Shown: positions 50,998 to 60,749 of the stretch, piece after piece
Layout of the letters: each line of letters starts with the position of its first letter
Numbering within the stretch: position 1 is the first letter of the stretch
Source of the DNA: an uncultured Verrucomicrobiae bacterium
GTDB lineage: Bacteria > Verrucomicrobiota > Verrucomicrobiia > Chthoniobacterales > JAFAMB01
DNA length: 64,000 nt
Direction: 5' to 3'
Assembly: GCA_963837955.1 (NCBI GenBank)
Contig: CAWIPH010000002.1
Location: forward strand, 4,096,001-4,160,000
Notes under the pieces: model-generated
Database searches by the model: none
The model's input: the letters and a program-made list of their open reading frames with translations, nothing else
Told to the model about the DNA's origin: nothing
Program-made: the position numbers and the translations under genes

Positions 50998-51748
50998 ACT
51001 CTTGCTGACTCCCCTCTTGATGCTGGCCGTTTCCTGGGCAGCCCGGCGATGGGGACCAGGGATAGGTGGACTTCTCGCCGGATTGCCGCTCACTTCGGGT
51101 CCTATTTCCATCTACCTGTGTGCTGAGCAGGGTCCACACTTTGCAGCTTCTGCCGCTGCCAATTCCATACTCAGTCTGATGCCAGTCGCTCTCTTTTCGG
51201 TGGTTTACAGCCGGCTAGCCGATCGTCTGCCAGTGATTGGTTGCGCACTTGGTAGCTTCGGCGTTTTTCTACTCTCTTTGTATTTTTTGCAGAAATCTGG
51301 TTTCTCTTTTTGGCCGGCTTGGATCACAGGACTTCTGGCCATCTCCATTGGCCTCGTCCTCACTCCGAACAAAGTCCCGGCAAAATTCCAGATCCAGTAT
51401 CCTCAATGGGATTTACCAGCACGTGTCTTCTCAGCCACCGCTATGGTCCTTATCATCACTCTGTCCGCATCTGTTCTGGGATCGCAGTGGAGCGGCTTAC
51501 TTTCGCCAATTCCGGTTCTGGCCTGGCCTCTCTGCGCCTTTGTCCACCATCAACAAGGGAGCGATGGGGCTCGAGCTGTACTCCGTGGAATTCTAGAGGG
51601 CGCTTACGGCGTACTGATCTTCTACACCATTGTCGCTGTCGGACTTGGCCATCTCTCGCCAATCTTTGTTTATGTCGCGGCGATTTTAGCTTCCCTCATC
51701 GTCAGCGTTCCTTGGTTGAAGAGTAAACTCGTGCTGCCAGCCGAGTGA
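50987..51748 (+). CDS. Multi-pass membrane protein of unknown function (internal duplication)
   Basis: RRWGPGIGGLLAGLPLTSGP echoed by LGSQWSGLLSPIP; about 8 TM. Confidence 0.75.
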   Translation: MLIKLLLTPLLMLAVSWAARRWGPGIGGLLAGLPLTSGPISIYLCAEQGPHFAASAAANSILSLMPVALFSVVYSRLADRLPVIGCALGSFGVFLLSLYFLQKSGFSFWPAWITGLLAISIGLVLTPNKVPAKFQIQYPQWDLPARVFSATAMVLIITLSASVLGSQWSGLLSPIPVLAWPLCAFVHHQQGSDGARAVLRGILEGAYGVLIFYTIVAVGLGHLSPIFVYVAAILASLIVSVPWLKSKLVLPAE

Positions 51749-51789
51749 CACGCCTCAGCGTTTCGCGTTCTCGAACACGCTTACCCCTG

Positions 51790-51870
51790 TTCACCGTTCT
51801 TCACCCTTTCACCTTTTTCGGTATTCTGGTATTCCCGCGTTCCCGGCGTTCCCGGCGTTCCTGGCGCTCC
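51790..51870. repeat. Low-complexity short tandem repeats (TTCACC.., GGTATTC, CGTTCCCGG)
   Basis: Read directly in the intergenic DNA upstream of the LysR gene. Confidence 0.6.
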
Positions 51871-51951
51871 ACAGCTGTTTGAGGTATTGCTCGGTCGAGC
51901 GGCGGCGAGAAGCTGTTCAAACGTGATGCCGCAGGTATCATCTGCCACGAG

Positions 51952-52851
51952 ATGGAAATGCACCAGATCCGGTACTTTCTCGCTGTGGGCGAATATTTGA
52001 ATTTTCGCCGAGCGGCTGAGGAGTGTCACGTATCAGCGCCGGCGCTCACCCGGGCAATCCAGAACCTGGAAGAGGAACTGGGCGGAAAACTTTTCCGACG
52101 AGAAAGAAATCTTACCCATCTTACCGATCTCGGGACTTTGATCCGCCCTCATCTGAAGCGGGTATTGTTCGAAGCGGCAGGCGCGAAAGTCACTGCCGAA
52201 CAATTTCTGAAGCTTGAGCATGCGCCGGTGAAACTCGGTGTCATGTGTACCATCGGACCCATCTATTTCATGGGATTCCTCTCCGATTTTCACGCGAAAC
52301 ATCCGGGAGTCGAGCTAACCCTGGTTGACGGAACCGCGGGAAGGCTGAACGAGCTGCTACGGAACGGTTGGCTGGACCTTGCTATACTCGCTCAGCCTGA
52401 ACCGTTTCCGGATACTTTCCAGGCTGTGCCTCTGTATCCTGAACGCTTCTGTGTTGCTTTCCCGGCCGGCCATGAGTTTCAAGCACGAGAGATGATCAGG
52501 ATGGAAGAGGCTGCTAAGAAACCTCAACTCTTACGGGTAAACTGTGAGTTCTATCCTCATATTTCGATGCAGTCCGAGGATCTGGGAATCGAAATTCCAG
52601 TCGTTTATCGCAGCGAGAAGGAAGACTGGATCCAGAGCATGGTAGCAGCCGGGTTCGGTGTCACCTTTGTGCCAGAGTTCTCTGTGGTGACGCCCGGCGT
52701 AATCAGCAGGCCTTTGATAAAGCCCGAAGTGATTCGCGAAATCTCGCTGGTCTCGATCGAAGGCCGCAGCTGGTCACCTGCAGTTGAGACCTTCACTCGG
52801 GCGGTACAAATGTATCCGTGGCACCATGCTCGCTTGCAAAAAGGCGCCTAG
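51952..52851 (+). CDS. LysR family transcriptional regulator
   Basis: NFRRAAEECHVSAPALTRAIQNLEEELGGKLF. Confidence 0.95.
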   Translation: MEMHQIRYFLAVGEYLNFRRAAEECHVSAPALTRAIQNLEEELGGKLFRRERNLTHLTDLGTLIRPHLKRVLFEAAGAKVTAEQFLKLEHAPVKLGVMCTIGPIYFMGFLSDFHAKHPGVELTLVDGTAGRLNELLRNGWLDLAILAQPEPFPDTFQAVPLYPERFCVAFPAGHEFQAREMIRMEEAAKKPQLLRVNCEFYPHISMQSEDLGIEIPVVYRSEKEDWIQSMVAAGFGVTFVPEFSVVTPGVISRPLIKPEVIREISLVSIEGRSWSPAVETFTRAVQMYPWHHARLQKGA

Positions 52852-53173
52852 TGGCCTGCATTGATCTAATCTTGGCCTGCGGGACTAATTTTCTCAAACC
52901 CCGGCAGGGCGGTGGGACCTGATCGCGACCTCTGGTGTCGACGCGCATGCGCGTGCGCAGGACGCACCCTCCGCGTGATGGGGAAGATCGTAATCAATGC
53001 GGGCAACGAAACGTTAACCTAAAAGTACTGGAGCGTCTCATCCAAAGACGCGACTGTTTACCACGTCCGAGACAGTAAGCACGCGTCAGCGATGGCCGCA
53101 GCGAAATAATGAAAAGCCATGTTGCCGAGAACCTTCGACGAATTGAGCTTGCAGACAGAAGGAAAACAAAACG

Positions 53174-53698
53174 ATGAGAAAGAGCGATACAACTCAATCC
53201 GAAGGACAAGAAAGAAACGCGTTACAAACTCCAACCGATCTCAGCCACGATGGTGTTACCGAGATTTCGGCTGCCCTCCGCCAATTACTGGCAGATGCGT
53301 TCGCACTTTACGTGAAAACGAAGAATTTCCACTGGCACATGAGTGGGCGCCACTTTCGTGATTACCACCTGCTTTTGGACGAGCACGCCGAGCAAATTTT
53401 CGCTATGACCGACGACGTCGCAGAACGCGCACGCAAGATCGGCGGAACGACGCTCCACTCGATCAGCGACATCTCCCGGCATCAACGCCTCAAAGATAAC
53501 AACGCCGAGTTCGTCACACCGAAGGACATGCTGGCAGAACTTTCTGCTGATAACCAGCAGCTGACCCGATCCTTGCGCTCCACCCATGAGATCTGTGACC
53601 GGCACAATGACGTCGCTACTGCCAGCTTGATTGAGAACTGGATCGACGAGACTGAGCGTCGCACCTGGTTCTTATTCGAAACACTACAGGAACTCTAA
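53174..53698 (+). CDS. dps: DNA starvation/stationary phase protection protein
   Basis: KNFHWHMSG..F..YHLLLDE, DDVAERARKIGG. Confidence 0.95.
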   Translation: MRKSDTTQSEGQERNALQTPTDLSHDGVTEISAALRQLLADAFALYVKTKNFHWHMSGRHFRDYHLLLDEHAEQIFAMTDDVAERARKIGGTTLHSISDISRHQRLKDNNAEFVTPKDMLAELSADNQQLTRSLRSTHEICDRHNDVATASLIENWIDETERRTWFLFETLQEL

Positions 53699-53995
53699 GA
53701 GCCGGAGGCACTTACGTAATCATTCGAAGCCGCTCAGCCCCCGTCGGGTCTTCCCGGGCTCTGTCGGATCAAACCAGTTAGCGGCTTCGAACTATAGGCC
53801 GAGCCCCAACGAAAGAAGGTCTGTCATGGTCATCAACTGCGCCTCGAGCAGGGAAGGCGCAGACCGGTCCCTTCCAAAATCACACCCAAGGATGGGAAGG
53901 CCAAACCCAATTGGGCGTTGATGACAGGCGAAGCCCTTTTATGTCACGGGTGGAATTCCACCCTTGCTAGTTAGAAGCCAACACGAAAACAAAAC

Positions 53996-54817
53996 ATGAG
54001 TACAATCAAGACGACGGACGGCACGGAGATCTATTTCAACGACTGGGGAACCGGAGAACCAGTAGTCTTTAGCCACGGCTGGCCGCTGAGTGCGGACGCT
54101 TTTGAAGACCAGATGTTCTTCCTGGCGTCCCGCGGCTATCGCTGCATCGCCCATGACCGTCGTGGTCATGGCCGTTCGAGCCAACCCTGGAACGGCAACG
54201 ACCTGGACACCTACGCCGACGATCTCGCGACACTTGTCGAAACGCTCGACCTGAAGAACGCGATCCATGTCGGACACTCCACGGGTGGTGGCGAAGTGGC
54301 TCGTTACATCGGCCGGCACGGCACGAAACGTGTGGCCAAGGCGGTGTTGATTGGCGCGATACCGCCCTTGATGGTCAAGACCGCTGCCAATCCGGGCGGT
54401 ACACCAATTGAGGCATTCGATCAACTTCGTAATGCCGTTGTTGCTGACCGGTCGCAGTTCTGGAAAGACCTCAGCTTGCCGTTCTACGGCTACAACCGGC
54501 CGGGTGCAAAAGTCTCGGAAGGTGTACGCGAATCATTCTGGCTCCAAGGGATGATGGCCGGCTTCCCAGCATCTTACTTCTGCATCAAAGCGTTCTCGGA
54601 AACGGACCTTACGGAGGACCTCAAGAAGATCGACGTCCCGACCCTGATCATGCACGGCGACGACGACCAGATCGTGCCGTTTGCTGACTCCGCGATGCTC
54701 TCATCGAAGATCGTGAAGAATGCCACGCTCAAGGTCTACAAGGGCGCGCCCCACGGTATGTGCACGACGCTAAAACACGAGGTTAACGAGGACCTGCTGG
54801 CCTTTGTTAAGGCCTAA
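53996..54817 (+). CDS. cpo: Non-heme chloroperoxidase-type alpha/beta hydrolase
   Basis: [34 protein letters not shown]. Confidence 0.9.
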   Translation: MSTIKTTDGTEIYFNDWGTGEPVVFSHGWPLSADAFEDQMFFLASRGYRCIAHDRRGHGRSSQPWNGNDLDTYADDLATLVETLDLKNAIHVGHSTGGGEVARYIGRHGTKRVAKAVLIGAIPPLMVKTAANPGGTPIEAFDQLRNAVVADRSQFWKDLSLPFYGYNRPGAKVSEGVRESFWLQGMMAGFPASYFCIKAFSETDLTEDLKKIDVPTLIMHGDDDQIVPFADSAMLSSKIVKNATLKVYKGAPHGMCTTLKHEVNEDLLAFVKA

Positions 54818-54977
54818 GGCACGGAGGGTTTGAATATCGCGGTGAACCAAGTTCACCCCGAGTCGAGCGTTCTGCTATTGGCGCGCCATGACCTGCAGGT
54901 GATTGAAGCAGGCGGACCCATCCAATGCGGGAGATGGGTCCGCCACTAGCAACTAAAATGTAACTCGCGTACTAACT

Positions 54978-55733
54978 ATGATTTCGTCATTTGCAGGAAA
55001 AGTCGTGTTGATCACTGGTGGAACGTCCGGAATCGGACGAGCGACAGCGGTCGCTTTTGCCGAACAAGGCGCTAACGTCGTTGTCGCCGGTCGGCGTGAA
55101 ACCGAGGGAGCGGAGTCGGTCGCACTCGTGGAAAAGGCCGGCGGTAAGGGCTTGTTTGTACGTACCGACGTGACCCTCGAAGCTGAGATCGCGGCGCTGG
55201 TCGCCCGTACCGTTGAGCATTTCGGGCGGCTGGATTTTGCCTTTAACAACGCCGGGATCGGCGGAGAAGGGGGCACCGGCATTGCCAACACCGGCGAGGT
55301 GTTCGACCGCATCATTACCATCAATGTGCGGGGCGTCTTTTTCGGCATGAAGCACCAAATCCCAGCTATTCTGCAGTCGGGCGGCGGGGCGGTCGTGAAC
55401 AATGCTTCGGTACTTGGTCTCAGGCCGAGCGCCGGCTCACCGATTTATAGCGCCAGCAAGTTCGCAGTGGTTGGTCTCACGAAATCGGTGGCGCTGGAGT
55501 TCGCGGCCAAAGGAGTGCGGGTGAACGCCGTTTGCCCGGCGATCATCGAAACGGATATGACCGAGCAAATCCGCGGGAACAAAGAGACCCGGAGCTACCT
55601 GCTCGAGCGGCATCCGATCGGCCGATTTGGCCAGCCGGAAGAAGTGGCCGCCGCTGTGCTTTACCTTTGCTCGCCGGGAGCGGCATTCATTACCGGCGTT
55701 GCATTGCCGTTGGACGGCGGTTTGGCCGCCTGA
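54978..55733 (+). CDS. SDR family oxidoreductase
   Basis: TGGTSGIG, NNAG, YSASK. Confidence 0.95.
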   Translation: MISSFAGKVVLITGGTSGIGRATAVAFAEQGANVVVAGRRETEGAESVALVEKAGGKGLFVRTDVTLEAEIAALVARTVEHFGRLDFAFNNAGIGGEGGTGIANTGEVFDRIITINVRGVFFGMKHQIPAILQSGGGAVVNNASVLGLRPSAGSPIYSASKFAVVGLTKSVALEFAAKGVRVNAVCPAIIETDMTEQIRGNKETRSYLLERHPIGRFGQPEEVAAAVLYLCSPGAAFITGVALPLDGGLAA

Positions 55734-55920
55734 CAAGGTCTTCGCCACTTTTTTCCGCGAACTTGCCATGCTTCATCCAGCAGGAGGATCGCCGCGATGC
55801 CCAATGAAGAATCCAAACCCTCGGCGCTCGACAAACCCGTAGTCTCCGAAGCACCCGGCCCGGTGGATCCGCTACCCCTTAGGATAGATGCCGGCAAGAT
55901 CTGGCCGTGTATCTTCCGTT

Positions 55921-56397
55921 ATGAGCTCTGAAAATCCCCGACCTCCACTCCCACCCTTTGATCGGGGTGCAGCGATCAAAAAAGCGCGACTCGCAGAAGA
56001 CGCGTGGAACACGCGCGACCCGAAAAAAGTCGCATTGGCCTACACGGTCGACAGCGTGTGGCGCAATCGCTCAGAGTTTTTCTCCGGGCGCGAAGCGATT
56101 GTTCAGTTTCTTACGCGGAAGTGGGCAAAAGAGCTGGATTATCGACTGATCAAGGAGCTATGGGCCTTTCACGAAAATCGAATAGCAGTTCGATTTGCCT
56201 ACGAGTGGCACGATGATAGTGGAAATTGGTTTCGATCGTATGGAAACGAAAACTGGGAATTCGACCAAAACGGTTTTATGGCGCGGCGCCTAGCGAGCAT
56301 TAACGATCTACCGATTAGCGAGACTGATCGCAAATATTTCTGGCCTCTTGGTCGTCGTCCTGATGATCATCCAAGCCTCTCCGATGTCGGCTTGTGA
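55921..56397 (+). CDS. DUF1348 / NTF2-like protein
   Basis: [30 protein letters not shown]. Confidence 0.92.
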   Translation: MSSENPRPPLPPFDRGAAIKKARLAEDAWNTRDPKKVALAYTVDSVWRNRSEFFSGREAIVQFLTRKWAKELDYRLIKELWAFHENRIAVRFAYEWHDDSGNWFRSYGNENWEFDQNGFMARRLASINDLPISETDRKYFWPLGRRPDDHPSLSDVGL

Positions 56398-56600
56398 TGG
56401 TTATCGCCGGCATGTCGCCTCCCAACGCGCGTTATCGTAAACTAGATTGGAGAAACCAGCCGGAAGAAATTGCGGCTGCTGTGCGGCGCAGCGTGATAGA
56501 CACCGCGAGCGACGGTTCGAACAATGATTGCGGCACTTAGGACAAATGGTGGGTGACAGCAAAGCACCGGTGTCTACCTTTTCGGACTAACGAACTAATT

Positions 56601-57458
56601 ATGAGACCCGAGTTCCAATCACCTGCAGTTCAGCTTGGTCGTGCAACCCCGGAAGACTTGAAAAGTGTCCGTCCGATCAGACGTCATTTCGTCGACCTTT
56701 CCGTGCCTCTGGAAAATGAAGTGATTGCAGATCCACCGGGTGCCGGTCCGAAAATCGAGTATTTCCAACACGCCGAAACCGCGGAGACAATATGTCGATT
56801 CTTTCCCGGGCTGAAACCAGAGGATTTACCGGGGAGCGAGGGTTGGGCGATTGAGAAGATCGGTCTTTCGACCCATAACGGGACACATCTGGATGCACCT
56901 TGGCACTTCGCTTCGACCATGAATCGAGGTGAACGCGCTTGGACCATCGATCAGGTACCGCTGGAATGGTGTTTTCAACCAGGCGTGAAGCTTGATTTCC
57001 GCCATTTTCCGGATGGCTACGTGATTACGGCCCAAGACGTAGAAACGGAATTGAGGCGGATTGGTCACACGCTGAAACCGCTGGAGATCGTCCTAGTCAA
57101 TACTGCGGCGGGAGCACGGTACGGAAAGCCGGATTATATCAATGCCGGATGTGGAATGGGCCGTGAAGCTACTCTCTACCTCACGTCGAGGGGTATCAGG
57201 GTAACGGGTACGGACGGATGGTCATGGGATGCACCATTTCTCCATACGGCCAAGAACTATGCGGAGACAGGCAATTCGGCTTTAATCTGGGAAGGACACA
57301 AAGCTGGCCGGGAGATCGGCTACACCCACATTGAGAAACTACATAACCTGGAGTTATTGCCAGAGTCAGGATTCTTAGTGAGTTGCTTTCCAGTGAAAAT
57401 CAAAGCTGCTTCTGCAGGCTGGAGTCGAGTAGTTGCCATTTTCGAAGATTCGGTCTAA
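56601..57458 (+). CDS. Cyclase family (kynurenine formamidase-like) metal hydrolase
   Basis: HNGTHLDAPWH motif, EKLHNL. Confidence 0.92.
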   Translation: MRPEFQSPAVQLGRATPEDLKSVRPIRRHFVDLSVPLENEVIADPPGAGPKIEYFQHAETAETICRFFPGLKPEDLPGSEGWAIEKIGLSTHNGTHLDAPWHFASTMNRGERAWTIDQVPLEWCFQPGVKLDFRHFPDGYVITAQDVETELRRIGHTLKPLEIVLVNTAAGARYGKPDYINAGCGMGREATLYLTSRGIRVTGTDGWSWDAPFLHTAKNYAETGNSALIWEGHKAGREIGYTHIEKLHNLELLPESGFLVSCFPVKIKAASAGWSRVVAIFEDSV

Positions 57459-57836
57459 CCAAATTGAAAATGTTGTCTGGACTGCCGTCTTTGGCGGTCG
57501 AGAACTCGCTGCAGCAAAAAGGATTGTGCTGCTTAGGGTGCATCTCAATCGCGGGTAAGCTCTGGCGCCTTAGTGATTTACCGTGGACAGTTCCAGCCTG
57601 GCCAAGCAGTAGAAGCGAATTCGCCCGCGAGTTTAACTCTAGACTTGTCTGGCGGATCCAGATCTCATGGATCGAGTCCGGCTCAGGGAATAATATGACG
57701 CTCTCTTGTTCGTTGAAAGCCTTCCGCGCAATGAACACAACACATTTTTCTGTATTGTTGGGATTGGAGCGCAAAGGCAGCGGACCGGACGAGATATAGA
57801 GAAATCACCATCCCGCAAATCGTTTGCGGAATTGGT

Positions 57837-58631
57837 TCAGCGTTCGATCTTCAACGCCGCAGTCAATCGGGCAGCGCCGCTGCGTGAAGTCGTGATCTCG
57901 GTTCCGGGCCGGTCATGCAATCTGACGCGGTAAGCCCGGTCGCCGCAACGATTGACGCGCTCGACCGCGTGCAGGTTCACTACGGCATGCCGGCCAATCT
58001 GCGTGAACGGATCACCGCCGAGCCAGTGCATCAGCTCACCCAATGGATAATAGGTCGCAAACTCGTCGAGCACGGTATGTACCCAGGTGCGCCGTTCGCG
58101 TCGCAGTACTGCGACGACCTCATGACGGGCCAGTAGCCGGATCTGATCCCGATCTACCCCGGTGACCGGGAGCAGCTCGTTAGCCGTGTCAGCAAAACCC
58201 ATTTTGTTCGGCGGTAAGATTGCGCCGGTGCGAGTAGCGGCGCCCGGGAAAGAGTAGTACCGAAATCGCTGCAAGCATGTTACGAGACGACCTGCGGCCT
58301 CGGCGACCTTCACCGGATCCAGCGGCTTCAGCAGGTAATCAACCGCCTCGAGCCGGAAGGCATCAGTGGCGCGGTCTGTCGTTCTCGCCGTGAAGACCAA
58401 CCGTGGCGGTGGCGTAAGTTTCGTCAGTTCCGCCCCGAGAAAGCCGCCATCACTACCGGGAACATCAATGTCAAGGAAGACGGCGTCGGGACGCAATTCG
58501 GCGCAGAGACGCAGACCCTCGGCACCATCCGTGGCGGTAGCGACGACTTCCACCTGCCACGTGTCGTCCAGCATCGCCGCCAGGTGATGAGCGGCCAGGG
58601 GCTCGTCTTCGATAATTACGGCATGGATCAT
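57837..58631 (-). CDS. LytTR family response regulator
   Basis: Receiver EDE, FLDI, AVDYLLKP; LytTR F.QIGRHAVVNL..V, SR. Confidence 0.9.
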   Translation of the reverse strand: MIHAVIIEDEPLAAHHLAAMLDDTWQVEVVATATDGAEGLRLCAELRPDAVFLDIDVPGSDGGFLGAELTKLTPPPRLVFTARTTDRATDAFRLEAVDYLLKPLDPVKVAEAAGRLVTCLQRFRYYSFPGAATRTGAILPPNKMGFADTANELLPVTGVDRDQIRLLARHEVVAVLRRERRTWVHTVLDEFATYYPLGELMHWLGGDPFTQIGRHAVVNLHAVERVNRCGDRAYRVRLHDRPGTEITTSRSGAARLTAALKIER

Positions 58632-58994
58632 TGCGAAACGCAACCATGGCTGCCGAAAAGCCGCTATTACACATTTGGGGGTAGGTTAAACGGAGAATGG
58701 GAAGACGCTCTCGATCTTTCCGGTGCCGAGTTGCTGGAGATCGACTAGATTTTAAGAGGTACAAATGAAAGAGAATCAGCTTTGTCGTAAGGGCCAGCGG
58801 GCAAGACGTAGTTTTAATACGGGAATATATAAATATTATAAATGTGCTTGCACTCCAGACCGGGTTTGAACCGAATTTGCGGTTGCTAAATGTCGGGAAA
58901 TCACTATAGAACGGGATTATATCGGTAGTATTGCTACTCGAGTGCGTAGCAAATCTGATCAAAACAAAAGCTCTTTTGGGTCCGCAGGGTTCCA

Positions 58995-59861
58995 ATGCAG
59001 ACGTCTCTTCGGTTACTAACGCACAGAAATCTGCAACGCCTGGTAGATGCGGTAAGTGTTCTGTATAAGCCAGTTCGCCCGCAACAGTTACCGGGACATT
59101 TCATCGAGGTCCTCAGCCGGGTGATTCCGGGCGAATTTCATGGTGTGAGCATCGTGTTTCGCCCTAAGCCCACCCACAATCAAACGCGCCGTAACGCCAC
59201 GATGTATCCTCTTCCCGCCCATTGGGAAAACCTTGCGGAAACGTTTGCCAGCCAATACCCAAAATTTCCAATACGATCGATTCGGGAATCCGGGAATCTT
59301 CATCAGCCATTGGCGCTCTCCGATATCGCTAGCCGCGAGAAAGTCGAGAGCCTTGATTTATACCACGACTACTACCGCATTCTCAGCGTCGCGGATGATT
59401 TAAGCGCGAACTTCGGAAATCTTTCTCACCGTGTTTGCCTGGCGGTCTTACGGGGGCGCCGCGGTTTTTCGGATCAGGATCGGGCGATCCTCTCCGCTTT
59501 GCTCCCACAAATGGAACGCGCTTATCGGTACGCGAGAGCACTTGATTCGTTGCGGATAAGGGCAAGGAAAGGCAAGGAAGCTGCCCTTGTTGCATCGGAC
59601 GCCGCCGAGTTTCTACCAGAACAAGGTGCTACTCCGCGATCCCTCTGTGTTCTAGGTCTGTCCGAGCGCGAAGCAGAGGTACTCTACTGGGTCGCCGCCG
59701 GCAAGAGCAGTCCTGTTATTAGCATGATTCTTGGGATCCGGCACGATACCGTGCGAGCCCATCTGAAAAGAATCTTCACGAAACTGGGCGTCGAAAATCG
59801 ACTGTCGGCGGCACTCCGTGCTCTGCAGATTTTACGTTCGCTGCCGCCCGTTCAGGACTGA
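58995..59861 (+). CDS. LuxR-type HTH regulator with an N-terminal sensor (GAF-like) domain
   Basis: LSEREAEVLYWVAAGKS..IS.ILGI...TVRAHLKRIFTKLGV. Confidence 0.9.
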   Translation: MQTSLRLLTHRNLQRLVDAVSVLYKPVRPQQLPGHFIEVLSRVIPGEFHGVSIVFRPKPTHNQTRRNATMYPLPAHWENLAETFASQYPKFPIRSIRESGNLHQPLALSDIASREKVESLDLYHDYYRILSVADDLSANFGNLSHRVCLAVLRGRRGFSDQDRAILSALLPQMERAYRYARALDSLRIRARKGKEAALVASDAAEFLPEQGATPRSLCVLGLSEREAEVLYWVAAGKSSPVISMILGIRHDTVRAHLKRIFTKLGVENRLSAALRALQILRSLPPVQD

Positions 59862-60749
59862 ACCGAACAAGGCTCTACAAAAGATCGCAGAGCCAGATTT
59901 TTGAACAGGAGATCGCAGAGATCTCAGAGAAGGGTATTGCCTGGTCAAAGTAGGTCAAACAGCCGCGCCTTTTCAACCAACGCGAGCGGTAAAAAACTGA
60001 ATCCCCTCTCTGAGACCTTTGCGATCTCTTTGTTTAAAATTCTGTCTTCATGTCCTCTTGTTTGAACCCAAGGATGGGCGCGAACCGGCCGATCAAGCTC
60101 TACAAAAGGTCGCGGAAAGAGATTTTTGAACAGGAGGTCGCAGAGATCTCAAAGAAGGTTAGTACCTGGTCAAAAGGGCCGCGCCTTTTCAACAATGCAA
60201 GCGGTAAAAACCGAATCCCCTCTCTGTGACCTTTGCGATCTCTTTGTTTAAAATTCTGTCTTCGTGTCCTCTTGTTTGAACCCAGGACGGGTGTCGACCG
60301 GCCGATCAAGTTCTACAAAAGGTCGCAGAGCCAGATTTTTGAACAGGAGGTCGCAGAGATCTCAAAGAAGGTTAGTACTTGGTCAAACGTAAGATCAAAT
60401 CGCCGCGCCTTTTCAACAATGCGAGCGGTAAAAACCGAGTCCCCTCTCTGAGGCCTTTGCGATCTCTTTGTTTAAAATTCTGTCTTCGTGTCCTCTTGTT
60501 TGAACCCAGGATGGGTGTCGACCGGCCGATCAAGTTCTACAAAAGGTCGCAGAGCCAGATTTTTGAACAGGAGGTCGCAGAGATCTCAAAGAAGGTTAGT
60601 ACCTGGTCAAACGTAAGGTCAAATCGCCGCGCCTTTTCAACAATGCGAAGCGGTAAAAACCGAATCCCCTCTCTGTGACCTTTGTGATCTCTTTGTTCAA
60701 AATTCTGTCTTCGTGTCCTCTTGTTGAACCCAGGATGGGTGCCAACCGG
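59859..60749 (+). repeat. Tandem array of 4 roughly 220-bp internally palindromic units
   Basis: Anchor TCTACAAAAG at 59874, 60099, 60312, 60536 (periods 225, 213, 224). Confidence 0.97.

Noticed and set aside
56440..56510. Possible hydrolase C-terminal remnant (NQPEEIAAAVRR)
   Set aside because: Too short to distinguish from chance.
59859..60749. CRISPR array or integron attC array
   Set aside because: Units are similar along their whole length with no unique spacers or cassettes; no cas gene or integrase in the window.
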